From NCBI RefSeq assembly GCF_964204645.1, contig NW_027437467.1, positions 1-64,000 on the forward strand: a stretch of 64,000 nucleotides of DNA, read 5' to 3'. Within the stretch, counting starts at the first letter, position 1. Every line of letters begins with the position of its first letter. The notes beneath the pieces are model-generated. The model ran no database searches, was not told the DNA's origin, and saw only the letters and a program-made list of their open reading frames with translations. The translations under genes were made by a program, and so were the position numbers. This stretch comes from Tubulanus polymorphus. Its lineage: Eukaryota > Animalia > Nemertea. Positions 34,901 to 49,900 of the stretch are shown here, piece after piece.

Positions 34901-37900
34901 TTTCGCGTCGAAAAGTGCTTTTCCTGACGATTTGAGCGCTTTTACGCATCGGCATTGTCGTTTTTCCGATAGGGGGAATATTCGAAAAGAAAACGTCTTT
35001 TCTCGCGCTGAGCGACGTTTTCGCGTCGAAAAGTGCTTTTCCTGACGATTTGAGCGCTTTTACGCATCGGCATTGTCGTTTTTCCGATAGGGGGAATATT
35101 CGAAAAGAAAACGTCTTTTCTCGCGCAGAGCGACGTTTTCGCGTCGAAAAGTGCTTTTCCTGACGATTTGAGCGCTTTTACGCATCGGCATTGTCGTTTT
35201 TCCGATAGGGGGAATATTCGAAAAGAAAACGTCTTTTCTCGCGCAGAGCGACGTTTTCGCGTCGAAAAGTGCTTTTCCTGACGATTTGAGCGCTTTTACG
35301 CATCGGCATTGTCGTTTTTCCGATAGGGGAATATTCGAAAAGAAAACGTCTTTTCTCGCGCAGAGCGACGTTTTCGCGTCGAAAAGTGCTTTTCCTGACG
35401 ATTTGAGCGCTTTTACGCATCGGCATTGTCGTTTTTCCGATAGGGGGAATATTCGAAAAGAAAACGTCTTTTCTCTCGCGCCGAGCGACGTTTTCGCGTC
35501 GAAAAGTGCTTTTCCTGACGATTTGAGCGCTTTTACGCATCGACATTGTCGTTTTACCGATAGGGAGAATATTCGACACGAAAACGTCTTTTCTTGCGCT
35601 GAACGACGTTTTCGCGTCGAAAAGTGCTTTTCCTGACGATTTGAGCGCTTTTACGCATCGACATTGTCGTTTTACCGATAGTGAGAATATTCGATACGAA
35701 AACGACTTTTCTCGCGCTGAACGACGTTTTCGGGTCGAAAAGTGCTTTTCCTGACGATTTGAGCGCTTTTACGCATCGGCATTGTCGTTTTTCCGATAGG
35801 GGGAATATTCGATACGAAAACGTCTTTTCTCGCGCCGAACGACGTTTTCGCGTCGAAAAGTGCTTTTCCTGACGATTTGAGCGCTTTTACGCATCGGCAT
35901 TGTCGTTTTTCCGATAGGGGGAATATTCGATACGAAAACGTCTTTTCTCGCGCTGAACGACGTTTTCGGGTCGAAAAGTGCTTTTCCTGACGATTTGAGC
36001 GCTTTTACGCATCGGCATTGTCGTTTTTCCGATAGGGGGAATATTTGATAAGAAAACGTCTTTTCTCGCGCTGAACTACGTTTTCGCGTCGAAAAGTGCT
36101 TTTCCTGACGATTTGAGCGCTTTTACGCATCGGCATTGTCGTTTTTCCGATAGGGGGAATATTCGATACGAAAACGTCTTTTCTCGCGCCGAACGACGTT
36201 TTCGCGTCGAAAAGTGCTTTTCCTGACGATTTGAGCGCTTTTACGCATCGACATTGTCGTTTTTCCGATAGGGGGAATATTCGATACGAAAACGTCTTTT
36301 CTCGCGCCGAACGACGTTTTCGCGTCGAAAAGTGCTTTTCCTGACGATTTGAGCGCTTTTACGCATCGGCATTGTCGTTTTTCCGATAGGGGGAATATTC
36401 GATACGAAAACGTCTTTTCTCGCGCCGAACGACGTTTTCGCGTCGAAAAGTGCTTTTCCTGACGATTTGAGCGCTTTTACGCATCGACATTGTCGTTTTT
36501 CCGATAGGGGGAATATTCGATACGAAAACGTCTTTTCTCGCGCCGAACGACGTTTTCGCGTCGAAAAGTGCTTTTCCTGACGATTTGAGCGCTTTTACGC
36601 ATCGGCATTGTCGTTTTTCCGATAGGGGGAATATTCGATACGAAAACGTCTTTTCTCGCGCCGAACGACGTTTTCGCGTCGAAAAGTGCTTTTCCTGACG
36701 ATTTGAGCGCTTTTACGCATCGGCATTGTCGTTTTTCCGATAGGGGGAATATTCGATACGAAAACGTCTTTTCTCGCGCCGAACGACGTTTTCGCGTCGA
36801 AAAGTGCTTTTCCTGACGATTTGAGCGCTTTTACGCATCGACATTGTCGTTTTACCGATAGTGAGAATATTCGATACGAAAACGTCTTTTCTCGCGCCGA
36901 ACGACGTTTTCGCGTCGAAAAGTGCTTTTCCTGACGATTTGAGCGCTTTTACGCATCGACATTGTCGTTTTACCGATAGTGAGAATATTCGATACGAAAA
37001 CGTCTTTTCTCGCGCTGAACGACGTTTTCGCGTCGAAAAGTGCTTTTCCTGACGATTTGAGCGCTTTTACGCATCGGCATTGTCGTTTTTCCGATAGGGG
37101 GAATATTCGAAAAGAAAACGTCTTTTCTCGCGCTGAGCGACGTTTTCGCGTCGAAAAGTGCTTTTCCTGACGATTTGAGCGCTTTTACGCATCGGCATTG
37201 TCGTTTTTCCGATAGGGGGAATATTCGAAAAGAAAACGTCTTTTCTCGCGCTGAGCGACGTTTTCGCGTCGAAATGTGCTTTTCCTGACGATTTGAGCGC
37301 TTTTACGCATCGGCATTGTCGTTTTTCCGATAGGGGGAATATTCGAAAAGAAAACGTCTTTTCTCGCGCTGAACTACGTTTTCGCGTCGAAAAGTGCTTT
37401 TCCTGACGATTTGAGCGCTTTTACGCATCGGCATTGTCGTTTTTCCGATAGGGGGAATATTCGATACGAAAACGTCTTTTCTCGCGCCGAACGACGTTTA
37501 CGGGTCGAAAAGTGCTTTTTCCTGACGATTTGAGCGCTTTTACGCATCGACATTGTCGTTTTACCGATAGGGAGAATATTCGACACGAAAACGTCTTTTC
37601 TCGCGCCGAACGACGTTTTCGGGTCGAAAAGTGCTTTTCCTGACGATTTGAGCGCTTTTACGCATCGGCATTGTCGATTTTCCGATAGGGGGAATATTTG
37701 ATAAGAAAACGTCTTTTCTCGCGCTGAACTACGTTTTCGCGTCGAAAAGTGCTTTTCCTGACGATTTGAGCGCTTTTACGCATCGGCATTGTCGTTTTTC
37801 CGATAGGGGGAATATTCGATACGAAAACGTCTTTTCTCGCGCCGAACGACGTTTTCGCGTCGAAAAGTGCTTTTCCTGACGATTTGAGCGCTTTTACGCA

Positions 37901-40900
37901 TCGGCATTGTCGTTTTACCGATAGTGAGAATATTCGATACGAAAACGTCTTTTCTCGCGCCGAACGACGTTTTCGCGTCGAAAAGTGCTTTTCCTGACGA
38001 TTTGAGCGCTTTTACGCATCGACATTGTCGTTTTACCGATAGTGAGAATATTCGATACGAAAACGTCTTTTCTCGCGCTGAACGACGTTTTCGCGTCGAA
38101 AAGTGCTTTTCCTGACGATTTGAGCGCTTTTACGCATCGGCATTGTCGTTTTTCCGATAGGGGGAATATTCGAAAAGAAAACGTCTTTTCTCGCGCTGAG
38201 CGACGTTTTCGCGTCGAAAAGTGCTTTTCCTGACGATTTGAGCGCTTTTACGCATCGGCATTGTCGTTTTTCCGATAGGGGGAATATTCGAAAAGAAAAC
38301 GTCTTTTCTCGCGCTGAGCGACGTTTTCGCGTCGAAATGTGCTTTTCCTGACGATTTGAGCGCTTTTACGCATCGGCATTGTCGTTTTTCCGATAGGGGG
38401 AATATTCGAAAAGAAAACGTCTTTTCTCGCGCTGAACTACGTTTTCGCGTCGAAAAGTGCTTTTCCTGACGATTTGAGCGCTTTTACGCATCGGCATTGT
38501 CGTTTTTCCGATAGGGGGAATATTCGATACGAAAACGTCTTTTCTCGCGCCGAACGACGTTTACGGGTCGAAAAGTGCTTTTTCCTGACGATTTGAGCGC
38601 TTTTACGCATCGACATTGTCGTTTTACCGATAGGGAGAATATTCGACACGAAAACGTCTTTTCTCGCGCCGAACGACGTTTTCGGGTCGAAAAGTGCTTT
38701 TCCTGACGATTTGAGCGCTTTTACGCATCGGCATTGTCGATTTTCCGATAGGGGGAATATTTGATAAGAAAACGTCTTTTCTCGCGCTGAACTACGTTTT
38801 CGCGTCGAAAAGTGCTTTTCCTGACGATTTGAGCGCTTTTACGCATCGGCATTGTCGTTTTTCCGATAGGGGGAATATTCGATACGAAAACGTCTTTTCT
38901 CGCGCCGAACGACGTTTTCGCGTCGAAAAGTGCTTTTCCTGACGACTTGAGCGCTTTTACGCATCGGCATTGTCGTTTTTCCGATAGGGGGAATATTCGA
39001 TACGAAAACGTCTTTTCTCGCGCCGAACGACGTTTTCGCGTCGAAAAGTGCTTTTCCTGACGATTTGAGCGCTTTTACGCATCGACATTGTCGTTTTACC
39101 GATAGTGAGAATATTCGATACGAAAACGTCTTTTCTCGCGCCGAACGACGTTTTCGCGTCGAAAAGTGCTTTTCCTGACGATTTGAGCGCTTTTACGCAT
39201 CGACATTGTCGTTTTACCGATAGTGAGAATATTCGATACGAAAACGTCTTTTCTCGCGCTGAACGACGTTTTCGCGTCGAAAAGTGCTTTTCCTGACGAT
39301 TTGAGCGCTTTTACGCATCGGCATTGTCGTTTTTCCGATAGGGGGAATATTCGAAAAGAAAACGTCTTTTCTCGCGCTGAGCGACGTTTTCGCGTCGAAA
39401 AGTGCTTTTCCTGACGATTTGAGCGCTTTTACGCATCGGCATTGTCGTTTTTCCGATAGGGGGAATATTCGATACGAAAACGTCTTTTCTCGCGCCGAAC
39501 GACGTTTTCGCGTCGAAAAGTGCTTTTCCTGACGATTTGAGCGCTTTTACGCATCGGCATTGTCGTTTTTCCGATAGGGGGAATATTCGAAAAGAAAACG
39601 TCTTTTCTCGCGCTGAACTACGTTTTCGCGTCGAAAAGTGCTTTTCCTGACGATTTGAGCGCTTTTACGCTTCGACATTGTCGTTTTACCGATAGTGAGA
39701 ATATTCGATACGAAAACGTCTTTTCTCGCGCTGAACGACGTTTTCGCGTCGAAAAGTGCTTTTCCTGAAGATTTGAGCGCTTTTACGCATCGACATTGTC
39801 GTTTTTCCGATAGGGGGAATATTGGATAAGAAAACGTCTTTTCTCGCGCTGAACGACGTTTTCGCGTCGAAAAGTGCTTTTCCTGACGATTTGAGCGCTT
39901 TTACGCATCGACATTGTCGTTTTTCCGATAGGGGGAATATTCGAAAAGAAAACGTCTTTTCTCGCGCTGAGCGACGTTTTCGCGTCGAAAAGTGCTTTTC
40001 CTGACGATTTGAGCGCTTTTACGCATCGACATTGTCGTTTTACCGATAGTGAGAATATTCGATACGAAAACGTCTTTTCTCGCGCTGAACGACGTTTTCG
40101 CGTCGAAAAGTGCTTTTCCTGACGATTTGAGCGCTTTTACGCATCGGCATTGTCGTTTTTCCGATAGGGGGAATATACGAAAAGAAAACGTCTTTTCTCG
40201 CGCTGAGCGACGTTTTCGCGTCGAAAAGTGCTTTTCCTGACGATTTGAGCGCTTTTACGCATCGACATTGTCGTTTTACCGATAGTGAGAATATTCGACA
40301 CGAAAACGTCTTTTCTCGCGCTGAACGACGTTTTCGCGTCGAAAAGTGCTTTTCCTGACGATTTGAGCGCTTTTACGCATCGGCATTGTCGTTTTTCCGA
40401 TAGGGGGAATATTCGAAAAGAAAACGTCTTTTCTCGCGCAGAGCGACGTTTTCGCGTCGAAAAGTGCTTTTCCTGACGATTTGAGCGCTTTTACGCATCG
40501 GCATTGTCGTTTTTCCGATAGGGGGAATATTCGAAAAGAAAACGTCTTTTCTCGCGCTGAGCGACGTTTTCGCGTCGAAAAGTGCTTTTCCTGACGATTT
40601 GAGCGCTTTTACGCATCGGCATTGTCGTTTTTCCGATAGGGGGAATATTCGATACGAAAACGTCTTTTCTCGCGCCGAACGACGTTTTCGCGTCGAAAAG
40701 TGCTTTTCCTGACGATTTGAGCGCTTTTACGCATCGACATTGTCGTTTTACCGATAGGGAGAATATTCGACACGAAAACGTCTTTTCTCGCGCTGAACGA
40801 CGTTTTCGCGTCCAATAGTGCTTTTCCTGACGATTTGAGCGCTTTTACGCATCGACATTGTCGTTTTACCGATAGTGAGAATATTCGATACGAAAACGAC

Positions 40901-43900
40901 TTTTCTCGCGCTGAACGACGTTTTCGGGTCGAAAAGTGCTTTTCCTGACGATTTGAGCGCTTTTACGCATCGGCATTGTCGTTTTTCCGATAGGGGGAAT
41001 ATTTGATACGAAAACGTCTTTTCTCGCGCTGAGCGACGTTTTCGCGTCGAAAAGTGCTTTTCCTGACGATTTGAGCGCTTTTACGCATCGGCATTGTCGT
41101 TTTTCCGATAGGGGGAATATTCGAAAAGAAAACGTCTTTTCTCGCGCTGAGCGACGTTTTCGCGTCGAAAAGTGCTTTTCCTGACGATTTGAGCGCTTTT
41201 ACGCATCGGCATTGTCGTTTTTCCGATAGGGGGAATATTCGATACGAAAACGTCTTTTCTCGCGCCGAACGACGTTTTCGCGTCGAAAAGTGCTTTTCCT
41301 GACGATTTGAGCGCTTTTACGCATCGGCATTGTCGTTTTCCGATAGGGGGAATATTCGATACGAAAACGTCTTTTCTCGCGCCGAACGACGTTTTCGCGT
41401 CGAAAAGTGCTTTTCCTGACGATTTGAGCGCTTTTACGCATCGACATTGTCGTTTTACCGATAGTGAGAATATTCGATACGAAAACGTCTTTTCTCGCGC
41501 TGAACGACGTTTTCGCGTCGAAAAGTGCTTTTCCTGACGATTTGAGCGCTTTTACGCATCGGCATTGTCGTTTTTCCGATAGGGGGAATATTCGAAAAGA
41601 AAACGTCTTTTCTCGCGCTGAGCGACGTTTTCGCGTCGAAAAGTGCTTTTCCTGACGATTTGAGCGCTTTTACGCATCGGCATTGTCGTTTTTCCGATAG
41701 GGGGAATATTCGAAAAGAAAACGTCTTTTCTCGCGCTGAGCGACGTTTTCGCGTCGAAAAGTGCTTTTCCTGACGATTTGAGCGCTTTTACGCATCGGCA
41801 TTGTCGTTTTTCCGATAGGGGGAATATTCGAAAAGAAAACGTCTTTTCTCGCGCTGAACTACGTTTTCGCGTCGAAAAGTGCTTTTCCTGACGATTTGAG
41901 AGCTTTTACGCTTCGACATTGTCGTTTTACCGATAGTGAGAATATTCGATACGAAAACGTCTTTTCTCGCGCTGAACGACGTTTTCGCGTCGAAAAGTGC
42001 TTTTCCTGACGATTTGAGCGCTTTTACGCATCGACATTGTCGTTTTTCCGATAGGGGGAATATTTGATAAGAAAACGTCTTTTCTCGCGCTGAACGACGT
42101 TTTCGCGTCGAAAAGTGCTTTTCCTGACGATTTGAGCGCTTTTACGCATCGGCATTGTCGTTTTTCCGATAGGGGGAATATTCGATACGAAAACGTCTTT
42201 TCTCGCGCTGAACGACGTTTTCGCGTCGAAAAGTGCTTTTCCTGACGATTTGAGCGCTTTTACGCATCGGCATTGTCGTTTTTCCGATAGGGGGAATATT
42301 CGATACGAAAACGTCTTTTCTCGCGCTGAACGACGTTTTCGCGTCGAAAAGTGCTTTTCCTGACGATTTGAGCGCTTTTACGCATCGACATTGTCGTTTT
42401 TCCGATAGGGGGAATATTCGAAAAGAAAACGTCTTTTCTCGCGCTGAGCGACGTTTTCGCGTCGAAAAGTGCTTTTCCTGACGATTTGAGCGCTTTTACG
42501 CATCGACATTGTCGTTTTTCCGATAGGGGGAATATTCGACACGAAAACGTCTTTTCTCGCGCTGAGCGACGTTTTCGCGTCGAAAAGTGCTTTTCCTGAC
42601 GATTTGAGCGCTTTTACGCATCGACATGGTCGTTTTACCGATAGGGAGAATATTCGAAAAGAAAACGTCTTTTCTCGCGCTGAGCGACGTTTTCGCGTCA
42701 AAAAGTGCTTTTCCTGACGATTTGAGCGCTTTTACGCATCGGCATTGTCGTTTTTCCGATAGGGGGAATATTCGATACGAAAACGTCTTTTCTCGCGCTG
42801 AACGACGTTTTCGCGTCGAAAAGTGCTTTTCCTGACGATTTGAGCGCTTTTACGCATCGACATTGTCGTTTTTCCGATAGGGGGAATATTCGAAAAGAAA
42901 ACGTCTTTTCTCGCGCTGAGCGACGTTTTCGCGTCGAAAAGTGCTTTTCCTGACGATTTGAGCGCTTTTACGCATCGGCATTGTCGTTTTTCCGATAGGG
43001 GGAATATTCGAAAAGAAAACGTCTTTTCTCGCGCTGAACTACGTTTTCGCGTCGAAAAGTGCTTTTCCTGACGATTTGAGCGCTTTTACGCTTCGACATT
43101 GTCGTTTTACCGATAGTGAGAATATTCGATACGAAAACGTCTTTTCTCGCGCTGAACGACGTTTTCGCGTCGAAAAGTGCTTTTCCTGATGATTTGAGCG
43201 CTTTTACGCATCGACATTGTTGTTTTTTCCGATAGGGGGAATATTCGAAAAGAAAACGTCTTTTCTCGCGCTGAACGACGTTTTCGCGTCGAAAAGTGCT
43301 TTTCCTGACGATTTGAGCCCTTTTACGCATCGGCATTGTCGTTTTTACGATAGGGCGAATATTCGATACGAAAACGTCTTTTCTCGCGCTGAACGACGTT
43401 TTCGGGTCGAAAAGTGCTTTTCCTGACGATTTGAGCGCTTTTACGCATCGGCATTGTCGTTTTTCCGATAGGGGGAATATTCGAAAAGAAAACGTCTTTT
43501 CTCGCGCTGAGCGACGTTTTCGCGTCGAAAAGTGCTTTTCCTGACGATTTGAGCGCTTTTACGCATCGGCATTGTCGTTTTTCCGATAGGGGGAATATTC
43601 GAAAAGAAAACGTCCTTTCTCGCGCTGAGCGACGTTTTCGCGTCGAAAAGTGCTTTTCCTGACGATTTGAGCGCTTTTACGCATCGGCATTGTCGTTTTT
43701 CCGATAGGGGGAATATTCGATACGAAACGTCTTTTCTCGCGCCGAACGACGTTTTCGCGTCGAAAAGTGCTTTTCCTGACGATTTGAGCGCTTTTACGCA
43801 TCGGCATTGTCGTTTTTCCGATAGGGGGAATATTCGATACGAAAACGTCTTTTCTCGCGCTGAACGACGTTTTCGCGTCGAAAAGTGCTTTTCCTGACGA

Positions 43901-46900
43901 TTTGAGCGCTTTTACGCATCGACATTGTCGTTTTTCCGATAGGGGGAATATTCGAAAAGAAAACGTCTTTTCTCGCGCTGAGCGACGTTTTCGCGTCGAA
44001 AAGTGCTTTTCCTGACGATTTGAGCGCTTTTACGCATCGACATTGTCGTTTTTCCGATAGGGGGAATATTCGACACGAAAACGTCTTTTCTCGCGCTGAG
44101 CGACGTTTTCGCGTCGAAAAGTGCTTTTCCTGACGATTTGAGCGCTTTTACGCATCGACATGGTCGTTTTACCGATAGGGAGAATATTCGAAAAGAAAAC
44201 GTCTTTTCTCGCGCTGAGCGACGTTTTCGCGTCAAAAAGTGCTTTTCCTGACGATTTGAGCGCTTTTACGCATCGGCATTGTCGTTTTTCCGATAGGGGG
44301 AATATTCGATACGAAAACGTCTTTTCTCGCGCTGAACGACGTTTTCGCGTCGAAAAGTGCTTTTCCTGACGATTTGAGCGCTTTTACGCATCGACATTGT
44401 CGTTTTTCCGATAGGGGGAATATTCGAAAAGAAAACGTCTTTTCTCGCGCTGAGCGACGTTTTCGCGTCGAAAAGTGCTTTTCCTGACGATTTGAGCGCT
44501 TTTACGCATCGGCATTGTCGTTTTTCCGATAGGGGAATATTCGAAAAGAAAACGTCTTTTCTCGCGCTGAACTACGTTTTCGCGTCGAAAAGTGCTTTTC
44601 CTGACGATTTGAGCGCTTTTACGCTTCGACATTGTCGTTTTACCGATAGTGAGAATATTCGATACGAAAACGTCTTTTCTCGCGCTGAACGACGTTTTCG
44701 CGTCGAAAAGTGCTTTTCCTGATGATTTGAGCGCTTTTACGCATCGACATTGTTGTTTTTTCCGATAGGGGGAATATTCGAAAAGAAAACGTCTTTTCTC
44801 GCGCTGAACGACGTTTTCGCGTCGAAAAGTGCTTTTCCTGACGATTTGAGCACTTTTACGCATCGGCATTGTCGTTTTTACGATAGGGCGAATATTCGAT
44901 ACGAAAACGTCTTTTCTCGCGCTGAACGACGTTTTCGGGTCGAAAAGTGCTTTTCCTGACGATTTGAGCGCTTTTACGCATCGGCATTGTCGTTTTTCCG
45001 ATAGGGGGAATATTCGAAAAGAAAACGTCTTTTCTCGCGCTGAGCGACGTTTTCGCGTCGAAAAGTGCTTTTCCTGACGATTTGAGCGCTTTTACGCATC
45101 GGCATTGTCGTTTTTCCGATAGGGGGAATATTCGAAAAGAAAACGTCCTTTCTCGCGCTGAGCGACGTTTTCGCGTCGAAAAGTGCTTTTCCTGACGATT
45201 TGAGCGCTTTTACGCATCGGCATTGTCGTTTTCCGATAGGGGGAATATTCGATACGAAAACGTCTTTTCTCGCGCCGAACGACGTTTTCGCGTCGAAAAG
45301 TGCTTTTCCTGACGATTTGAGCGCTTTTACGCATCGGCATTGTCGTTTTTCCGATAGGGGGAATATTCGATACGAAAACGTCTTTTCTCGCGCCGAACGA
45401 CGTTTTCGCGTCGAAAAGTGCTTTTCCTGACGATTTGAGCGCTTTTACGCATCGACATTGTCGTTTTACCGATAGTGAGAATATTCGATACGAAAACGTC
45501 TTTTCTCGCGCTGAACGACGTTTTCGCGTCGAAAAGTGCTTTTCCTGACGATTTGAGCGCTTTTACGCATCGGCATTGTCGTTTTTCCGATAGGGGGAAT
45601 ATTCGAAAAGAAAACGTCTTTTCTCGCGCTGAGCGACGTTTTCGCGTCGAAAAGTGCTTTTCCTGACGATTTGAGCGCTTTTACGCATCGGCATTGTTGT
45701 TTTTCCGATAGGGGGAATATTCGATACGAAAACGTCTTTTCTCGCGCCGAACGACGTTTTCGCGTCGAAAAGTGCTTTTCCTGACGATTTGAGCGCTTTT
45801 ACGCATCGACATTGTCGTTTTACCGATAGTGAGAATATTCGATACGAAAACGTCTTTTCTCGCGCCGAACGACGTTTTCGCGTCGAAAGTGCTTTTCCTG
45901 ACGATTTGAGCGCTTTTACGCATCGACATTGTCGTTTTACCGATAGTGAGAATATTCGATACGAAAACGTCTTTTCTCGCGCTGAACGACGTTTTCGCGT
46001 CGAAAAGTGCTTTTCCTGACGATTTGAGCGCTTTTACGCATCGGCATTGTCGTTTTTCCGATAGGGGGAATATTCGAAAAGAAAACGTCTTTTCTCGCGC
46101 TGAGCGACGTTTTCGCGTCGAAAAGTGCTTTTCCTGACGATTTGAGCGCTTTTACGCATCGGCATTGTCGTTTTTCCGATAGGGGGAATATTCGAAAAGA
46201 AAACGTCTTTTCTCGCGCTGAGCGACGTTTTCGCGTCGAAAAGTGCTTTTCCTGACGATTTGAGCGCTTTTACGCATCGGCATTGTCGTTTTTCCGATAG
46301 GGGGAATATTCGAAAAGAAAACGTCTTTTCTCGCGCTGAACTACGTTTTCGCGTCGAAAAGTGCTTTTCCTGACGATTTGAGCGCTTTTACGCTTCGACA
46401 TTGTCGTTTTACCGATAGTGAGAATATTCGATACGAAAACGTCTTTTCTCGCGCTGAACGACGTTTTCGCGTCGAAAAGTGCTTTTCCTGATGATTTGAG
46501 CGCTTTTACGCATCGACATTGTTGTTTTTTCCGATAGGGGGAATATTCGAAAAGAAAACGTCTTTTCTCGCGCTGAACGACGTTTTCGCGTCGAAAAGTG
46601 CTTTTCCTGACGATTTGAGCGCTTTTACGCATCGGCATTGTCGTTTTTCCGATAGGGGGAATATTCGAAAAGAAAACGTCTTTTCTCGCGCTGAGCGACG
46701 TTTTCGCGTCGAAAAGTGCTTTTCCTGACGATTTGAGCGCTTTTACGCTTCGACATTGTCGTTTTACCGATAGTGAGAATATTCGATACGAAAACGTCTT
46801 TTCTCGCGCTGAACGACGTTTTCGCGTCGACAAGTGCTTTTCCTGATGATTTGAGCGCTTTTACGCATCGACATTGTTGTTTTTTCCGATAGGGGGAATA

Positions 46901-49900
46901 TTCGAAAAGAAAACGTCTTTTCTCGCGCTGAACGACGTTTTCGCGTCGAAAAGTGCTTTTCCTGACGATTTGAGCCCTTTTACGCATCGGCATTGTCGTT
47001 TTTACGATAGGGCGAATATTCGATACGAAAACGTCTTTTCTCGCGCTGAGCGACGTTTTCGCGTCGAAAAGTGCTTTTCCTGACGATTTGAGCGCTTTTA
47101 CGCATCGACATTGTCGTTTTTCCGATAGGGGGAATATTCGATAAGAAAACGTCTTTTCTCGCGCTGAACTACGTTTTCGCGTCGAAAAGTGCTTTTCCTG
47201 ACGATTTGAGCGCTTTTACGCATCGACATTGTCGTTTTACCGATAGGGAGAATATTCGACACGAAAACGTCTTTTCTCGCGCTGAACGACGTTTTCGCGT
47301 CGAAAAGTGCTTTTCCTGACGATTTGAGCGCTTTTACGCATCGACATTGTCGTTTTACCGATAGGGAGAATATTCGACACGAAAACGTCTTTTCTCGCGC
47401 TGAACGACGTTTTCGCGTCGAAAAGTGCTTTTCCTGACGATTTGAGCGCTTTTACGCATCGACATTGTCGTTTTTCCGATAGGGGGAATATTCGATACGA
47501 AAACGTCTTTTCTCGCGCTGAGCGACGTTTTCGCGTCGAAAAGTGCTTTTCCTTATGATTTGAGCGCTTTTACGCATCGACATTGTTGTTTTTTTTCCGA
47601 TAGGGGGAATATTCGATACGAAAACGTCTTTTCTCGCGTCGAAAAGTGCTTTTCCTGACGATTTGAGCGCTTTTACGCATCGGCATTGTCGTTTTTCCGA
47701 TAGGGGGAATGTTCGATACGAAAACGTCTTTTCTCGCGCCGAACGACGTTTTCGCGTCGAAAAGTGCTTTTCCTGAAGATTTGAGCGCTTTTACGCATCG
47801 ACATTGTCGTTTTACCGATAGGGAGAATATTCGACACGAAAACGTCTTTTCTCGCGCTGAACGACGTTTTCGCGTCGAAAAGTGGTTTTCCTGACGATTT
47901 GAGCGCTTTTACGCATCGGCATTGTCGTTTTTCCGATAGGGGGAATATTCGAAAAGAAAACGTCTTTTCTCGCGCTGAGCGACGTTTTCGCGTCGAAAAG
48001 TGCTTTTCCTGACGATTTGAGCGCTTTTACGCATCGGCATTGTCGTTTTTCCGATAGGGGGAATATTCGAAAAGAAAACGTCTTTTCTCGCGCTGAACTA
48101 CGTTTTCGCGTCGAAAAGTGCTTTTCCTGACGATTTGAGCGCTTTTACGCTTCGACATTGTCGTTTTACCGATAGTGAGAATATTCGATACGAAAACGTC
48201 TTTTCTCGCGCTGAACGACGTTTTCGCGTCGAAAAGTGCTTTTCCTGATGATTTGAGCGCTTTTACGCATCGACATTGTTGTTTTTTCCGATAGGGGGAA
48301 TATTCGAAAAGAAAACGTCTTTTCTCGCGCTGAACGACGTTTTCGCGTCGAAAAGTGCTTTTCCTGACGATTTGAGCCCTTTTACGCATCGGCATTGTCG
48401 TTTTTACGATAGGGCGAATATTCGATACGAAAACGTCTTTTCTCGCGCTGAACGACGTTTTCGGGTCGAAAAGTGCTTTTCCTGACGATTTGAGCGCTTT
48501 TACGCATCGGCATTGTCGTTTTTCCGATAGGGGGAATATTCGAAAAGAAAACGTCTTTTCTCGCGCTGAGCGACGTTTTCGCGTCGAAAAGTGCTTTTCC
48601 TGACGATTTGAGCGCTTTTACGCATCGGCATTGTCGTTTTTCCGATAGGGGGAATATTCGAAAAGAAAACGTCCTTTCTCGCGCTGAGCGACGTTTTCGC
48701 GTCGAAAAGTGCTTTTCCTGACGATTTGAGCGCTTTTACGCATCGGCATTGTCGTTTTTCCGATAGGGGGAATATTCGATACGAAAACGTCTTTTCTCGC
48801 GCCGAACGACGTTTTCGCGTCGAAAAGTGCTTTTCCTGACGATTTGAGCGCTTTTACGCATCGGCATTGTCGTTTTTCCGATAGGGGGAATATTCGATAC
48901 GAAAACGTCTTTTCTCGCGCCGAACGACGTTTTCGCGTCGAAAAGTGCTTTTCCTGACGATTTGAGCGCTTTTACGCATCGACATTGTCGTTTTACCGAT
49001 AGTGAGAATATTCGATACGAAAACGTCTTTTCTCGCGCTGAACGACGTTTTCGCGTCGAAAAGTGCTTTTCCTGACGATTTGAGCGCTTTTACGCATCGG
49101 CATTGTCGTTTTTCCGATAGGGGGAATATTCGAAAAGAAAACGTCTTTTCTCGCGCTGAGCGACGTTTTCGCGTCGAAAAGTGCTTTTCCTGACGATTTG
49201 AGCGCTTTTACGCATCGGCATTGTTGTTTTTCCGATAGGGGGAATATTCGATACGAAAACGTCTTTTCTCGCGCCGAACGACGTTTTCGCGTCGAAAAGT
49301 GCTTTTCCTGACGATTTGAGCGCTTTTACGCATCGACATTGTCGTTTTACCGATAGTGAGAATATTCGATACGAAAACGTCTTTTCTCGCGCCGAACGAC
49401 GTTTTCGCGTCGAAAAGTGCTTTTCCTGACGATTTGAGCGCTTTTACGCATCGACATTGTCGTTTTACCGATAGTGAGAATATTCGATACGAAAACGTCT
49501 TTTACGCATCGGCATTGTCGTTTTTCCGATAGGGGGAATATTCGAAAAGAAAACGTCTTTTCTCGCGCTGAGCGACGTTTTCGCGTCGAAAAGTGCTTTT
49601 CCTGACGATTTGAGCGCTTTTACGCATCGGCATTGTTGTTTTTCCGATAGGGGGAATATTCGATACGAAAACGTCTTTTCTCGCGCCGAACGACGTTTTC
49701 GCGTCGAAAAGTGCTTTTCCTGACGATTTGAGCGCTTTTACGCATCGACATTGTCGTTTTACCGATAGTGAGAATATTCGATACGAAAACGTCTTTTCTC
49801 GCGCCGAACGACGTTTTCGCGTCGAAAAGTGCTTTTCCTGACGATTTGAGCGCTTTTACGCATCGACATTGTCGTTTTACCGATAGTGAGAATATTCGAT

